This document shows, piece by piece, positions 7,958-17,728 of a stretch of 40,238 nucleotides of DNA. The position numbers and the translations under genes are program-made. Position 1 is the first letter of the stretch; the number at the start of each line of letters is the position of its first letter. The notes below the pieces were generated by a model. The model made no database searches and was not told the origin of the DNA. It saw only the letters and a program-made list of their open reading frames with translations. Where the stretch lies: contig JBHHTW010000016.1 in NCBI GenBank assembly GCA_046861385.1, positions 1 to 40,238 of the forward strand, given 5' to 3'. This stretch comes from Fidelibacterota bacterium (lineage in GTDB: Bacteria > Fidelibacterota > Marinisomatia > Marinisomatales > TCS55).

Positions 7958-8650
7958 TTAAATCCCAAATCCAATCCGCAAACTCAGTGAACCAAATCCG
8001 CTGGCGTCCGGGACGACATCTTCAACAATCGTATAGCGATAAGTCAAAAACGAATCCAGCATTAACAATTTGAATTGTAGACCCGCCTGAACATGGAAAC
8101 CGGATGCGTCCTGATAGTTGTCTTTATCTTTCATGAATTTCTCAAGATTTTTATCTAAATTATTTACATTACCATTGACAAGGTTACCTCCCAAAAGGTC
8201 TTCAATCATACTTTTGTTTGCAATCGGTGTAGTCAAATGGGTATTGTACCCACCGCCCGCATGAAGTTTTGCACCAGCTAGAAACGGAATAGAAAGACCA
8301 AAGACTTTCTTACGTAGAGTAACATACACATCGGTGCTTAACCAACCAAAGTCTATAGGGTCCATTGTGCCATAATCATTTTCAAAAGTAATTTTATATG
8401 TATTTCCCCTAACGTTAAAATCGACATCCAGATCAATAAACGGAATCGCGTCGATATAAAGATAACCTCCGACTGCATAGGCTCCATCAAAACTACCATT
8501 TGTTAAAGTAACGTATGGAGATCCTGTCGTCGGATTTGATTCTGCTACACTGAACATACCCTGTCCCAATTGAAGTCCCAATCCGCCAATAGCAAATAAT
8601 CCGGGTGTTGTTAAAATGCTGATTAGTAATATTATTTTAAAATTTTTCAT
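7958..8650 (-). CDS. Hypothetical outer-membrane beta-barrel protein
   Basis: Signal peptide, alternating Gly/hydrophobic strands, C-terminal strand LSLRIGFGI. Confidence 0.65.
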   Translation of the reverse strand: MKNFKIILLISILTTPGLFAIGGLGLQLGQGMFSVAESNPTTGSPYVTLTNGSFDGAYAVGGYLYIDAIPFIDLDVDFNVRGNTYKITFENDYGTMDPIDFGWLSTDVYVTLRKKVFGLSIPFLAGAKLHAGGGYNTHLTTPIANKSMIEDLLGGNLVNGNVNNLDKNLEKFMKDKDNYQDASGFHVQAGLQFKLLMLDSFLTYRYTIVEDVVPDASGFGSLSLRIGFGI

Positions 8651-8726
8651 GGATTTATCCTTATGGTTTGTGATTTTATTACCGGGAAGTTACTCGTAGA
8701 AGGAGTAATTATTAAAGATATTAAAC

Positions 8727-8752
8727 GGAACTTACTTCGGCATCAAATCGTA
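8727..8752 (+). promoter_or_regulatory. Candidate ECF-sigma promoter
   Basis: GGAAC (8727-8731), 17 nt, CGTA (8749-8752), about 40 nt upstream of the PDZ protein start. Confidence 0.45.
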
Positions 8753-8790
8753 AATGAGGAGTATATTCAATCAATTATTGAGGCGAAAAC

Positions 8791-9702
8791 ATGAAAAAAC
8801 TGTTATTATCAATTCTTATAATTTTTTCTGTCGGCTTCCTACAGGCAAATGAAAAAAATGTCACCCCGAAAAAAATAATGATCAGCTCGGACCAGGATGA
8901 AAAAAATGTTGATGTAAAAGTGGATGTAGAAAATGAAATAATAAAATTAGTTATCAAGAAAGATGGTGAAGAAAATGTATATGAGGTCAATCTAAAAGAT
9001 AAAAAAGCCTTTAAAGCACTGGAGGAAGAACTTGAGGATTTAGATGTTGATGTCAACATTTCCGGTTTATTGGGAAACGATCATGATCATCAAATGATGC
9101 TTTTTGGTAATAAAGATCAGCATGATTTTCATGTCGGTGGTGGCGGCTTTCTCGGTGTTCAAATTCAAGATATTACAGATCAACTCCGTGATTATTTTAA
9201 AGTAAAGGGTGACGGTGGTGTTCTAGTAACTGAAGTCGTAAAAGATAGTCCCGCAGCGAAAGCCGATATAGAAGCAGGAGATATTATCGTAAGAGTGGAT
9301 GATAATCGAATTAGCGATGCTGGAGAATTAACTCACACAATCCGTAATGAAAAACCTGAAACCAAAGTGGATATAACCGTTATCAGAAAAGGCCGTGAAA
9401 TATCATTCAAAGCCACCTTAGGCTCAAGCGATGATTCTTTTTCATTGTTTGGCAATATGGGAGAGCTCCATAATAAGGGTATGATGAAAAAATTTAAATA
9501 TAAATGCGATGAAGATACTTCTCCAGGCTGTCGATTGAAAGACGGTTACAGTTTCAATTATGAGGGGGTTGTGCCGGATGAAGTTCCTGATACGAAGAAA
9601 CATAAGGTGTTTATGCAGAAAGGATTTAAGAGTGATGAATTTCAAAGTTTGAAAAAAGAGTTAGAAGAACTCCGTGAGGAAATTCAAAAACTCAAAGAAT
9701 AA
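8791..9702 (+). CDS. Periplasmic PDZ-domain protein (HtrA-like PDZ, no protease domain) with C-terminal coiled coil
   Basis: Signal peptide, GFLGVQIQD...GVLVTEVVKDSPAAKADIEAGDIIV, and C-terminal LKKELEELREEIQKLKE. Confidence 0.8.
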   Translation: MKKLLLSILIIFSVGFLQANEKNVTPKKIMISSDQDEKNVDVKVDVENEIIKLVIKKDGEENVYEVNLKDKKAFKALEEELEDLDVDVNISGLLGNDHDHQMMLFGNKDQHDFHVGGGGFLGVQIQDITDQLRDYFKVKGDGGVLVTEVVKDSPAAKADIEAGDIIVRVDDNRISDAGELTHTIRNEKPETKVDITVIRKGREISFKATLGSSDDSFSLFGNMGELHNKGMMKKFKYKCDEDTSPGCRLKDGYSFNYEGVVPDEVPDTKKHKVFMQKGFKSDEFQSLKKELEELREEIQKLKE

Positions 9703-9724
9703 CGAAACTTGTTAATCTTAATAT

Positions 9725-9750
9725 AAAAAGGCTCCTTCCGGAGCCTTTTT
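9725..9750 (+). terminator. Intrinsic terminator
   Basis: AAAAAGGCTCC-ttcc-GGAGCCTTTTT after the PDZ gene stop. Confidence 0.85.
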
Positions 9751-9803
9751 CTTTTCTATAGAACAATCTAAAGCCATAAATTGACACTATCTCTTCATTA
9801 TCT

Positions 9804-12047
9804 ATGAATCGTATAATAATCTGCACAATCGGTTTTTTGGCTGTTCTTACAGCCCAGGATTATCTTTGGCCTACGGATGCCGGTAAATCATTAACGTCCA
9901 ATTTTGGTGAATTCAGGGATCATCATTTTCACATGGGACTCGATATAAAAACGCTCGGGAAAATTGGAGCCTCTGTTTATGCAGTTGAAAAAGGGTATAT
10001 TTCAAGAATGGTTTCTAATTATAAGGGTTATGGGAAGGCCTTATATGTCATCCATCCGGATGGTAATACGAGTGTTTATGCTCATTTATCTCATTTTAAC
10101 CCAAAACTGGAAGGATTATTAAAATATTATCAAAATAAAAATGAATCTTACATTTTAAACCATTATTTTCAACCAAACGAATTCAATGTAGCCAAGGGAG
10201 AATTAATTGGTTATTCAGGAGAAACCGGACATTCTTTCGGTCCCCATTTACATTTTGAAATTCGCAATAGCCTGGAGCAGCCATTAAATCCTCAAACAAA
10301 TGGGTTTGTTATTGATGATCGTTCTTCCCCAACAATAGATGAATTAGCCGTCATCCCGCTGGAAGAAGAATCCCGAGTCAATGGAAGTTTGCTCCCGGTT
10401 CGTATTCCATTTTATAGAAACCGTAATGGAGTATTTGAATTAGCTGACACACTAAATATTTTTGGTCCTGTTGGGTTTGCTTTAAAAGCGATAGATAAAC
10501 GCCAGGGGTTTTCTGAAAAATATCAAATTAAATCTATTGATTTGATCATTGATGGAATTCTGGAATATTCATTGAACTATGATTATCTGGATTATAGTAC
10601 ATCAGATAGAGTACAGTTGGTTCGGAATCATCAATTGTACCGTTTAAACCTGGGTTCATTTCATAATTTATATCATATGGATAATGAAATCAGAGCAGAC
10701 GTCCAACCAAATCAATCCGATGGGTGCATCAAATTGTCACCAGGATACCATTCATTTTTGGTCAAAGTAATTGATGCGAACAGCAATTCAACCACAGGGA
10801 CGGGAGTAATATTTAATCGCCCACCCATCGAAATAATTTTGCAAGAAGTAATTCACCAGGGCAACGATATCATATTTACTGTTCTTCCAAAATTAATAAA
10901 TATTCCCTTAAAAAGTATAACATGTTATTCATTTTCATCATCCGGTTTAGCCGATAAACAAATCAAACCAAAATTGTCTATAATGAAAAATGGCGGATTA
11001 GTGGTGACGATTGATCGTAGAATGATTCGTGATCGTTCTTTACAATTCATTGCCAAAAACAAAATGGGGGCATACGCAATCCCTTTGAACTGGCATCCAA
11101 AAAAGGTGTGGACCGATTATAATGCTCAACCGGAGATAGATATTAATCAGGCAGCATCCGGCGTGATCATTCAGGTGGAAACGGGAAACCTGGGAAAGGA
11201 AAGACCGAAAGTTCACCTCCAATTTGAGAATCAATTAATCAATATCCCGATGCACCAAATTCAACCTTTTGTATTTTTATCGTCACCGTTGAAAATTGAA
11301 TCATTTGCTGATATTAATAGCATCAATACTACCTTAAATATTGAAACTGAATATATTTACAAATACGATTTTTCACCATCTGTGGCTGGGTCCGGAAAAG
11401 CGGCTACTGTATTATCAGAAGATAAAATGTGTTCGCTTCAATCATTAAAAACAACACTTTATTCTCCGACGCTTCTTTGGATTGAAGCGGTAGAAAATTC
11501 GACTCCGCCGCCACACGGAACATTTTTATCCCGAGTTTATCAGCTCCAGCCATTTAACATTCCACTTCAAGATACAGTAAGAATCGGTATCCGGTATAAC
11601 GATAAAGTCGCAGAAATGGACAAAATTAGTCTTTACTATTATGACCAGGATGATGGCTGGACTTTTATATCTTCAAAAAATTCACTTAAGCGCCATGTAC
11701 TAACGGGTGGCATACGAAGATTAGAAGCCGTGTGTATTCTTCAAGATATTGTACCTCCCCAGATTCAGTCTACGTTTCCTGCCGATGGGGGACAATACTA
11801 TATTGAAGACGTATCGATGATCGAGGCCAATTTTAATGATCTTCTATCCGGTATTGAACCAGCAGAATCAGCCATGACAATGATTATGGATGGTAAACGA
11901 TTATTGGTTGGGTACCAACCTGTTAAACAAATAATGTCCTATGAATTACTTGAACCTCTCCATGTTGGCGATCATATACTAGAGGTTATTGTAAAAGACC
12001 GTGCCGGGAACGAAGCGGGAAAGCGTGTAAACTTTACGATTAAATAA
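9804..12047 (+). CDS. M23 family metallopeptidase with long C-terminal extension
   Basis: Signal peptide, FGEFR..HFHMGLD (HxxxD), YAHL, GPHLHFEIR (HxH), and C-terminal Ig-like VKDRAGN. Confidence 0.85.
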   Translation: MNRIIICTIGFLAVLTAQDYLWPTDAGKSLTSNFGEFRDHHFHMGLDIKTLGKIGASVYAVEKGYISRMVSNYKGYGKALYVIHPDGNTSVYAHLSHFNPKLEGLLKYYQNKNESYILNHYFQPNEFNVAKGELIGYSGETGHSFGPHLHFEIRNSLEQPLNPQTNGFVIDDRSSPTIDELAVIPLEEESRVNGSLLPVRIPFYRNRNGVFELADTLNIFGPVGFALKAIDKRQGFSEKYQIKSIDLIIDGILEYSLNYDYLDYSTSDRVQLVRNHQLYRLNLGSFHNLYHMDNEIRADVQPNQSDGCIKLSPGYHSFLVKVIDANSNSTTGTGVIFNRPPIEIILQEVIHQGNDIIFTVLPKLINIPLKSITCYSFSSSGLADKQIKPKLSIMKNGGLVVTIDRRMIRDRSLQFIAKNKMGAYAIPLNWHPKKVWTDYNAQPEIDINQAASGVIIQVETGNLGKERPKVHLQFENQLINIPMHQIQPFVFLSSPLKIESFADINSINTTLNIETEYIYKYDFSPSVAGSGKAATVLSEDKMCSLQSLKTTLYSPTLLWIEAVENSTPPPHGTFLSRVYQLQPFNIPLQDTVRIGIRYNDKVAEMDKISLYYYDQDDGWTFISSKNSLKRHVLTGGIRRLEAVCILQDIVPPQIQSTFPADGGQYYIEDVSMIEANFNDLLSGIEPAESAMTMIMDGKRLLVGYQPVKQIMSYELLEPLHVGDHILEVIVKDRAGNEAGKRVNFTIK

Positions 12048-12703
12048 TGTTTTTTCCTTACAAAGACGATAATCCACGAATACTTGTTCCCATAGTGACT
12101 TACGGTATCATTGCTTTAAATGTTTTGGTTTTTTTATATCAAATAAACTTGGCAATGGTAGGGGATGAAACTGAAGTTGCGTTTATTTACGTATTTGGCC
12201 TGATACCTGCACAGTTTCATATTTTGAATTTATTTACATCCATGTTTCTTCATGGCAGCATCGCTCACATTCTAGGCAATATGTGGTTCTTATGGATTTT
12301 TGGCGACAATGTGGAAAGTGCCCTCGGTCATGTTCGCTACGCTTTATTTTACATTTTATGTGGTTTGGCAGCCGGCCTTGCCCAAGTGATTATTAATGTT
12401 GATTCTTTCATTCCTATGGTTGGAGCCAGCGGCGCCATTGCCGGGGTCTTGGGAGCATATTTAATTCGTTATCCCCAAGCGAAAGTTCATGTATTTATAT
12501 TTATTTTCTTTTTCTTTACAACCATTAGAGTTCCGGCAATCATTGTGCTGGGTATTTGGTTTTTGACTCAATTGACAAATGGCTTGGGCACTCTGGGGCT
12601 TGACACGACTGGTGGCGTGGCATGGTTTGCCCATATTGGTGGATTTATTGCCGGAGTAGGCTTTAATTATATCTTTCAACAAATAAGAATAAAAGAGTAT
12701 TAA
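12047..12703 (+). CDS. Rhomboid family intramembrane serine protease
   Basis: SMFLHG..HILGNM.FLW.FGDNVE, GASG catalytic Ser and AHIGGF catalytic His. Confidence 0.92.
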   Translation: MFFPYKDDNPRILVPIVTYGIIALNVLVFLYQINLAMVGDETEVAFIYVFGLIPAQFHILNLFTSMFLHGSIAHILGNMWFLWIFGDNVESALGHVRYALFYILCGLAAGLAQVIINVDSFIPMVGASGAIAGVLGAYLIRYPQAKVHVFIFIFFFFTTIRVPAIIVLGIWFLTQLTNGLGTLGLDTTGGVAWFAHIGGFIAGVGFNYIFQQIRIKEY

Positions 12704-12704
12704 T

Positions 12705-13085
12705 ATGGAAAAGTTAATCAAACACGCTCAAAAAATGCGAGAACGTTCATATGCGCCTTATTCTTCCTATACAGTGGGTGCGGCAATTTTGACACTAGAC
12801 GGAAGCATCGTCGGAGGTTGTAATGTGGAATCCAGTAGTTATGGATTAACATGCTGTGCAGAACGGGTTGCTCTGTATAAAGCCATTGCAGAGGGATACC
12901 AATCCTTTAAAGGCCTTGCTGTTGCAACGGAAAATGGAGGTTCCTTGTGTGGTGCCTGCCGGCAAGTTGTCTGGGACTTATGCGGAGATATTCCTATTTT
13001 CATTGCCGATAAAAATGGTTTAATCAACGAAACAACATCAGCTGAACTTCTCCCAGATTCTTTTGATCAGACAAAGCTTCAATGA
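12705..13085 (+). CDS. cdd: Cytidine deaminase (homotetrameric type)
   Basis: YAPYS...VGAA, GCNVE, CAE and CGACRQ zinc motifs. Confidence 0.92.
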   Translation: MEKLIKHAQKMRERSYAPYSSYTVGAAILTLDGSIVGGCNVESSSYGLTCCAERVALYKAIAEGYQSFKGLAVATENGGSLCGACRQVVWDLCGDIPIFIADKNGLINETTSAELLPDSFDQTKLQ

Positions 13086-13705
13086 ATAAAAATGTCATTC
13101 TAATCGGCATTGCGGGTGGTTCTGGTTCAGGAAAAACATCCATCGCCCGGGAAATAAGAAAAGAATTTTCCAAGGGTGAAGTGGCTGTGATTCAGCTCGA
13201 TTCATATTATAAAAATTTGGCTCACATGGATTTTGAAGACCGGAAAAAGCAGAATTTTGATCATCCAGACGCAATGGATTTCGAACTACTCCGGAGTCAT
13301 TTATTAAAATTAATGGAATGGAAAACTGTGCATATTCCCCGCTATGATTTTGCAACGCATATACGGAAAAAAGAGGCGGAAATGGTTGAACCTCACCATG
13401 TAATTGTCATCGAAGGCATTTTAACTTTGTGGGATAAAAAGCTGCGTGATTTAATGAACATCAAATTGTTTGTAGAGACACCAAAAGACATCCGTTTTAT
13501 TCGTCGTTTAACACGGGATCGAATCGAAAGAGAGCGATCTACCCAATCAGTGATTGATCAATATTTACATACAGTTCGTCCCATGCACGAACAGTTCGTA
13601 GAACCCACAAAAGAATTTTCTGATATTATTATTCCTGAAGGCGGCCACAATGAAGTTGCAATCGATCTTATCCGAACAAAGATTAAATCAATAATAAAAA
13701 CGTAG
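13082..13705 (+). CDS. udk: Uridine kinase
   Basis: IGIAGGSGSGKT, DSYY, NFDHPDA, RRLTRD and PMHEQFVEPTK. Confidence 0.95.
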   Translation: MNKNVILIGIAGGSGSGKTSIAREIRKEFSKGEVAVIQLDSYYKNLAHMDFEDRKKQNFDHPDAMDFELLRSHLLKLMEWKTVHIPRYDFATHIRKKEAEMVEPHHVIVIEGILTLWDKKLRDLMNIKLFVETPKDIRFIRRLTRDRIERERSTQSVIDQYLHTVRPMHEQFVEPTKEFSDIIIPEGGHNEVAIDLIRTKIKSIIKT

Positions 13706-13713
13706 AAAAAATA

Positions 13714-14283
13714 ATGACACTCACACCCCGTAATAGTGGTTGGATAGAAGTAATTTGCGGACCCATGTTCTGCGGTAAGACTGAAGAACTAATCCGCAGA
13801 TTAAGACGGGCACAAATTGCCAAAATGAAAACAGCTATTTTTAAACCCAAAATTGATACTCGTTATAGCGAGGAGCATATTGTTTCGCATAATCAAATGA
13901 AAATGATTTCTTACTTAATTGATGATGCGGATGAAATACTTACAATGGCAAAAGACGCTGAAGTAGTGGGTATCGATGAGGCACAATTTTTCGGATCGAA
14001 TTTGGTTTCTGTTTGTAGACAGTTGGCTGAAGACAATAAGCGTGTTCTTGTGGCCGGGTTGGACAAAGATTATCTCGCTAAGCCGTTTGGTCCCATGCCG
14101 GAGATCATGTGTGAAGCAGACTATTTGGATAAACTCAGGGCTATTTGTATTCAATGCGGAAATCCGGCTGCTTACACTCAGAGACTGTCGAAGGATTCCA
14201 ATCAAGTTATTATTGGCGAAACGGACATTTATGAAGCCCGTTGCCGAAACTGCTATAAAGATCCAAGGGAGGATGTGAAATGA
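13714..14283 (+). CDS. tdk: Thymidine kinase
   Basis: GPMFCGKTEEL, IDEAQFF, AGLDKD, CIQC...CRNC zinc site and YEARCR. Confidence 0.95.
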   Translation: MTLTPRNSGWIEVICGPMFCGKTEELIRRLRRAQIAKMKTAIFKPKIDTRYSEEHIVSHNQMKMISYLIDDADEILTMAKDAEVVGIDEAQFFGSNLVSVCRQLAEDNKRVLVAGLDKDYLAKPFGPMPEIMCEADYLDKLRAICIQCGNPAAYTQRLSKDSNQVIIGETDIYEARCRNCYKDPREDVK

Positions 14284-15914
14284 ATTTGATCAGTATTTTG
14301 GGATTACTTGCTCTTCTCGGACTTGCTTGGGCTTTATCCTTTAATCATAAACAAGTTCGATTAAGACCTGTTTTTTGGGGAATATCACTGCAATTCTTGT
14401 TTGCACTTATCATTCTGCGTGAAGATTATTGGAGTTTTATCGGAATGGGCGTTTTGGGATTACTTTTGATAACGTATATTCTCCAGCGGATAGATAATCT
14501 GTTGGGTGGCGGGTTAAAATCAACTATGATTGTCAGTGTGATCTGTGTGGGCGTTGGCTGGGTGCTGACATTGTTTCAAAGTCTTATTTTATGGATCCTT
14601 ATTGCTTCGTTGATCTTTTTAATCATAAACGCATGGAAAAAATATCACCAGCCAGCACAAACCTATATCAGTGCTTTTTTTGTAATTACCGGAGTTGCAT
14701 ATTTTGTATCAAACGGGATGTACGGACAGCTCATTTTTCAATCCTTCAGTGATAAAATAGCCCATTTCTTAAGTCTATCGGATTATGGAGCTAAATTTCT
14801 TTTCTCACACCTTGCCGACGAATCTTTTTATGGTCCCTGGTCAAAGAATTTTCCCAATATGGGGACCTGGCCAGGTTTTGGTTTCCAGTTTGCTTTTAAG
14901 GTTTTACCAACCATTATCTTTTTTGGCGGTTTCATGAGCGTCCTATACTACCTTGGGATTATGCAGAAAATAATCGAAGCGATGAGCCGGTTCATGCGGT
15001 GGACAATTGGCACCAGCGGCGCTGAAACTTTATCTTGCAGCGCTAATATTTTTGTGGGACAAACAGAAGCGCCATTGTTAATAAAGCCATTCTTAAACAC
15101 GATGACAAAATCGGAATTGCTGACAGTTATGGTCGGGGGATTCGCCACCATCGCCGGAGGTGTATTAGCCGGGTACATCGCCATGGGTGTCCCTGCCGGC
15201 CATCTTATCGCCGCAAGTGTTATGTCTGCTCCTGCTGCATTGGTTATTGGGAAAATTATTTATCCTGAACTAGAACATTCAGAAACCGCGGGCGACACTC
15301 AAATGCCGGACATTAAAGTCGGTGGAAATGTAATTGAAGCGGCGTCAAATGGTATTACGGACGGGCTGAAGCTGGCCGTTAATGTCGGTGCGATGCTCAT
15401 TGGGTTTATTGCTTTGATCGCTGTGGTTGACTCTTTATTAAACTGGTTGGATATGATTATTGATGGGAGACTCCTGTCTGGCGAGTATTATGCATATAAT
15501 GTGATAGGATTATCTCCTGCAACTGGAGAATACATGGGTTTTTTCCCTGGTTCATTACAAACATTTTTTGGTACAATTCTTCGTCCGCTGGCATGGCTAA
15601 TGGGCGTATCGTGGGAGCAGGCCGATAAAGTAGGAAATCTCTTAGGAATAAAACTGTCTTTAAACGAGTTTGTCGCCTATGGAACATTGGGGAATTATAT
15701 TCAAAACAATGCCTTGGATCAAAGAGCAATAATTATATCTACGTATGCGCTATGCGGATTCGCTAATTTTTCTTCAATCGGTATTCAAATTGGCGGAATC
15801 AGCGCCCTGGCGCCCAAGCGAAAATCCGACTTGGCAAAAGTGGGGCTCAAAGCTATGTTCGGTGGCGCATTGGCCTCCTGGCTGACTGCTACAATCGCCG
15901 GTATATTAATTTGA
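14280..15914 (+). CDS. nupC: Concentrative nucleoside transporter (NupC/CNT family) with extra transmembrane insertion
   Basis: FAFKVLPTIIFF, NIFVGQTEAPL, GFATIAGG, NEFVAY and YALCGFANFSSIGIQIGG. Confidence 0.92.
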   Translation: MNLISILGLLALLGLAWALSFNHKQVRLRPVFWGISLQFLFALIILREDYWSFIGMGVLGLLLITYILQRIDNLLGGGLKSTMIVSVICVGVGWVLTLFQSLILWILIASLIFLIINAWKKYHQPAQTYISAFFVITGVAYFVSNGMYGQLIFQSFSDKIAHFLSLSDYGAKFLFSHLADESFYGPWSKNFPNMGTWPGFGFQFAFKVLPTIIFFGGFMSVLYYLGIMQKIIEAMSRFMRWTIGTSGAETLSCSANIFVGQTEAPLLIKPFLNTMTKSELLTVMVGGFATIAGGVLAGYIAMGVPAGHLIAASVMSAPAALVIGKIIYPELEHSETAGDTQMPDIKVGGNVIEAASNGITDGLKLAVNVGAMLIGFIALIAVVDSLLNWLDMIIDGRLLSGEYYAYNVIGLSPATGEYMGFFPGSLQTFFGTILRPLAWLMGVSWEQADKVGNLLGIKLSLNEFVAYGTLGNYIQNNALDQRAIIISTYALCGFANFSSIGIQIGGISALAPKRKSDLAKVGLKAMFGGALASWLTATIAGILI

Positions 15915-16119
15915 TTTTTGTTAGGTTTCTCGACTAATGTTTATTGCCTGTCCTTGCGGCAATAATATTTAATTGGATAATAGGATTATCTTGTCTTAAA
16001 TTATGTTTTAATAGTTAGACACCCCGCGATTCACAGGCGGTTGGTCCCTGGTGCTGATATCACCACAAATAATATTTTATAATATCAAATCCAGGTAATT
16101 GAAAAATAAAGGTAAATAA

Positions 16120-16950
16120 ATGATAAGACATTTCCGAGAGATTCACAAAATGTTAAGGAGCTTTAAACCTGCGCGGTTGGCTGTCGCAAATCCTCAACAA
16201 GTTCATTTGCAGAAAATATTAGCAAAATCTGAGCAAAAGGAAATTATTAAACCACTTGTGTTTTTAAATGATGATCCCGCTATTGCAGCCATCAAAGCCG
16301 TCGAAGCGGTTGCGTCGGGAAAAGCAGATTTCCTCATGAAAGGAGATATTGATACAGCACAATTTATCCAAATTGTCCTAAACAAAAAATATGGGTTACG
16401 AAATGATAAACTATTATCTCATGTCGCTGTTATTGAAACACCATTTTACAACCGGCCCATGCTGTGTTCGGATGGCGTGATTAACATTAAATTAAACAAA
16501 GAAACTGTCCCGGCTATTCTAGAAAATGCACTGTTAATGGCTTCATCATTAGGAATAAAAAAACCCAATGTGGCCTTTTTATCCTTGGTAGAAACGATAA
16601 CCTCAAAATTACCTTCAACTGAATTATGGGATCAAATGACGAATAAATATAAATCAAATCCGAGGCTTACCGCAGAGGGACCACTGGCTCTTGATATCGC
16701 CCTATCGGCCAAAGCGGCAGAAAAAAAATCTTTCAAATCGCGTATAGCTGGCAAGGCAGATATTTTTATTGGACCAACTATAACATCTATTAATATGATG
16801 GTAAAATCTCTAATAAATATTGGAGGAGCAAAAGGCGGCGGTCTTATTCTGGGTGCAAAATGCCCAATTGTTTTGTTGTCCAGATCTGATTCCAAACAAA
16901 CTCATATGAATTCTGTCGCATTGGGTTTACTTGCTTTAAACAGACATTGA
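16120..16950 (+). CDS. ptb: Phosphate butyryl/acetyltransferase family protein (divergent)
   Basis: ADFLMKG, LLSHV, DG.IN, EGPLALDIA, AGKADI and PIVLLSRSD. Confidence 0.75.
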   Translation: MIRHFREIHKMLRSFKPARLAVANPQQVHLQKILAKSEQKEIIKPLVFLNDDPAIAAIKAVEAVASGKADFLMKGDIDTAQFIQIVLNKKYGLRNDKLLSHVAVIETPFYNRPMLCSDGVINIKLNKETVPAILENALLMASSLGIKKPNVAFLSLVETITSKLPSTELWDQMTNKYKSNPRLTAEGPLALDIALSAKAAEKKSFKSRIAGKADIFIGPTITSINMMVKSLINIGGAKGGGLILGAKCPIVLLSRSDSKQTHMNSVALGLLALNRH

Positions 16951-17166
16951 TTTGAGTAAGAAAAAATCCTAATCGTATTTTGCGCAGTTCTGATTTAGAG
17001 ATATTCTCAATCGAGAGAAAATTAATTCTGATCCAATTATAATATATGAGTGAAAATTCATTGGTGAGGAATTACCAATGAACATTCAAAGTTTTTGTTT
17101 CTTTTGTAAAACACAAATCTTGCAGTGGTATGTAACAAATCCTTATTATTCAGACAGGTAATTCTT

Positions 17167-17727
17167 ATGCGTTTAATATTTATTGGCCCCCCAGGCGTTG
17201 GTAAAGGTACCCAAGCCAAAAAATTATGTGATCATTTTGGAATTTTGCATTTATCCACTGGAGAAATTCTTCGGGAGGAAATATCTCATAATTCAACAGT
17301 GGGTCAGGCAGCAAAACAATTTATCGATCATGGTAAACTTGTACCGGATAGTATTTTGCTGGATATAATGTCTACCCGTTTAAGCCAAAGAGATTGTGAA
17401 AACGGATATTGCCTTGACGGATTTCCGAGGACCATACCGCAAGCAAAAGGATTAGAAGTCATTTTAAAAAGGCTGCATCAATCCATTAATGCTGTTATCA
17501 GTATTGAAGCTGATGAAAAGGAATTAATTAATCGCTTGGTATTAAGAGGAAAAAATTCAGGTAGAACAGACGACACTTCAAATGTAATTAAAAAGCGGCT
17601 TTTTATTTATCGGAATCAGACAGCGCCGCTTATTGATTATTATACCCGCAAAAAACTTTTACAAAGTATTGATGGAATGGGGGAAATTTCAGAAATTACT
17701 AAGCGAATTTTAGATATTTTAAGTTAA
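17167..17727 (+). CDS. adk: Adenylate kinase (short-LID type)
   Basis: MRLIFIGPPGVGKGTQ, HLSTG, LDGFPRT and GRTDD. Start reassigned from GTG 17125 to ATG 17167 to match the family N-terminus. Confidence 0.93.
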   Translation: MRLIFIGPPGVGKGTQAKKLCDHFGILHLSTGEILREEISHNSTVGQAAKQFIDHGKLVPDSILLDIMSTRLSQRDCENGYCLDGFPRTIPQAKGLEVILKRLHQSINAVISIEADEKELINRLVLRGKNSGRTDDTSNVIKKRLFIYRNQTAPLIDYYTRKKLLQSIDGMGEISEITKRILDILS

Positions 17728-17728
17728 T

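Noticed and set aside
9781-9818. TTGACA and TATAAT near the M23 start; also TTGACA at 38200
   Set aside because: Spacing to a -10 box is not canonical, and such hexamers are expected by chance in AT-rich DNA.
13756-13785. Cys in the tdk P-loop (GPMFCGKT vs usual GPMFSGKT)
   Set aside because: It is a single conservative change at a variable position, and all other motifs are intact.
15941-15965. TTATTGCC..GGCAATAA hairpin after nupC as a terminator
   Set aside because: The stem is AT-rich, the loop is 9 nt and there is no clear U-tract, so it is too weak to call.
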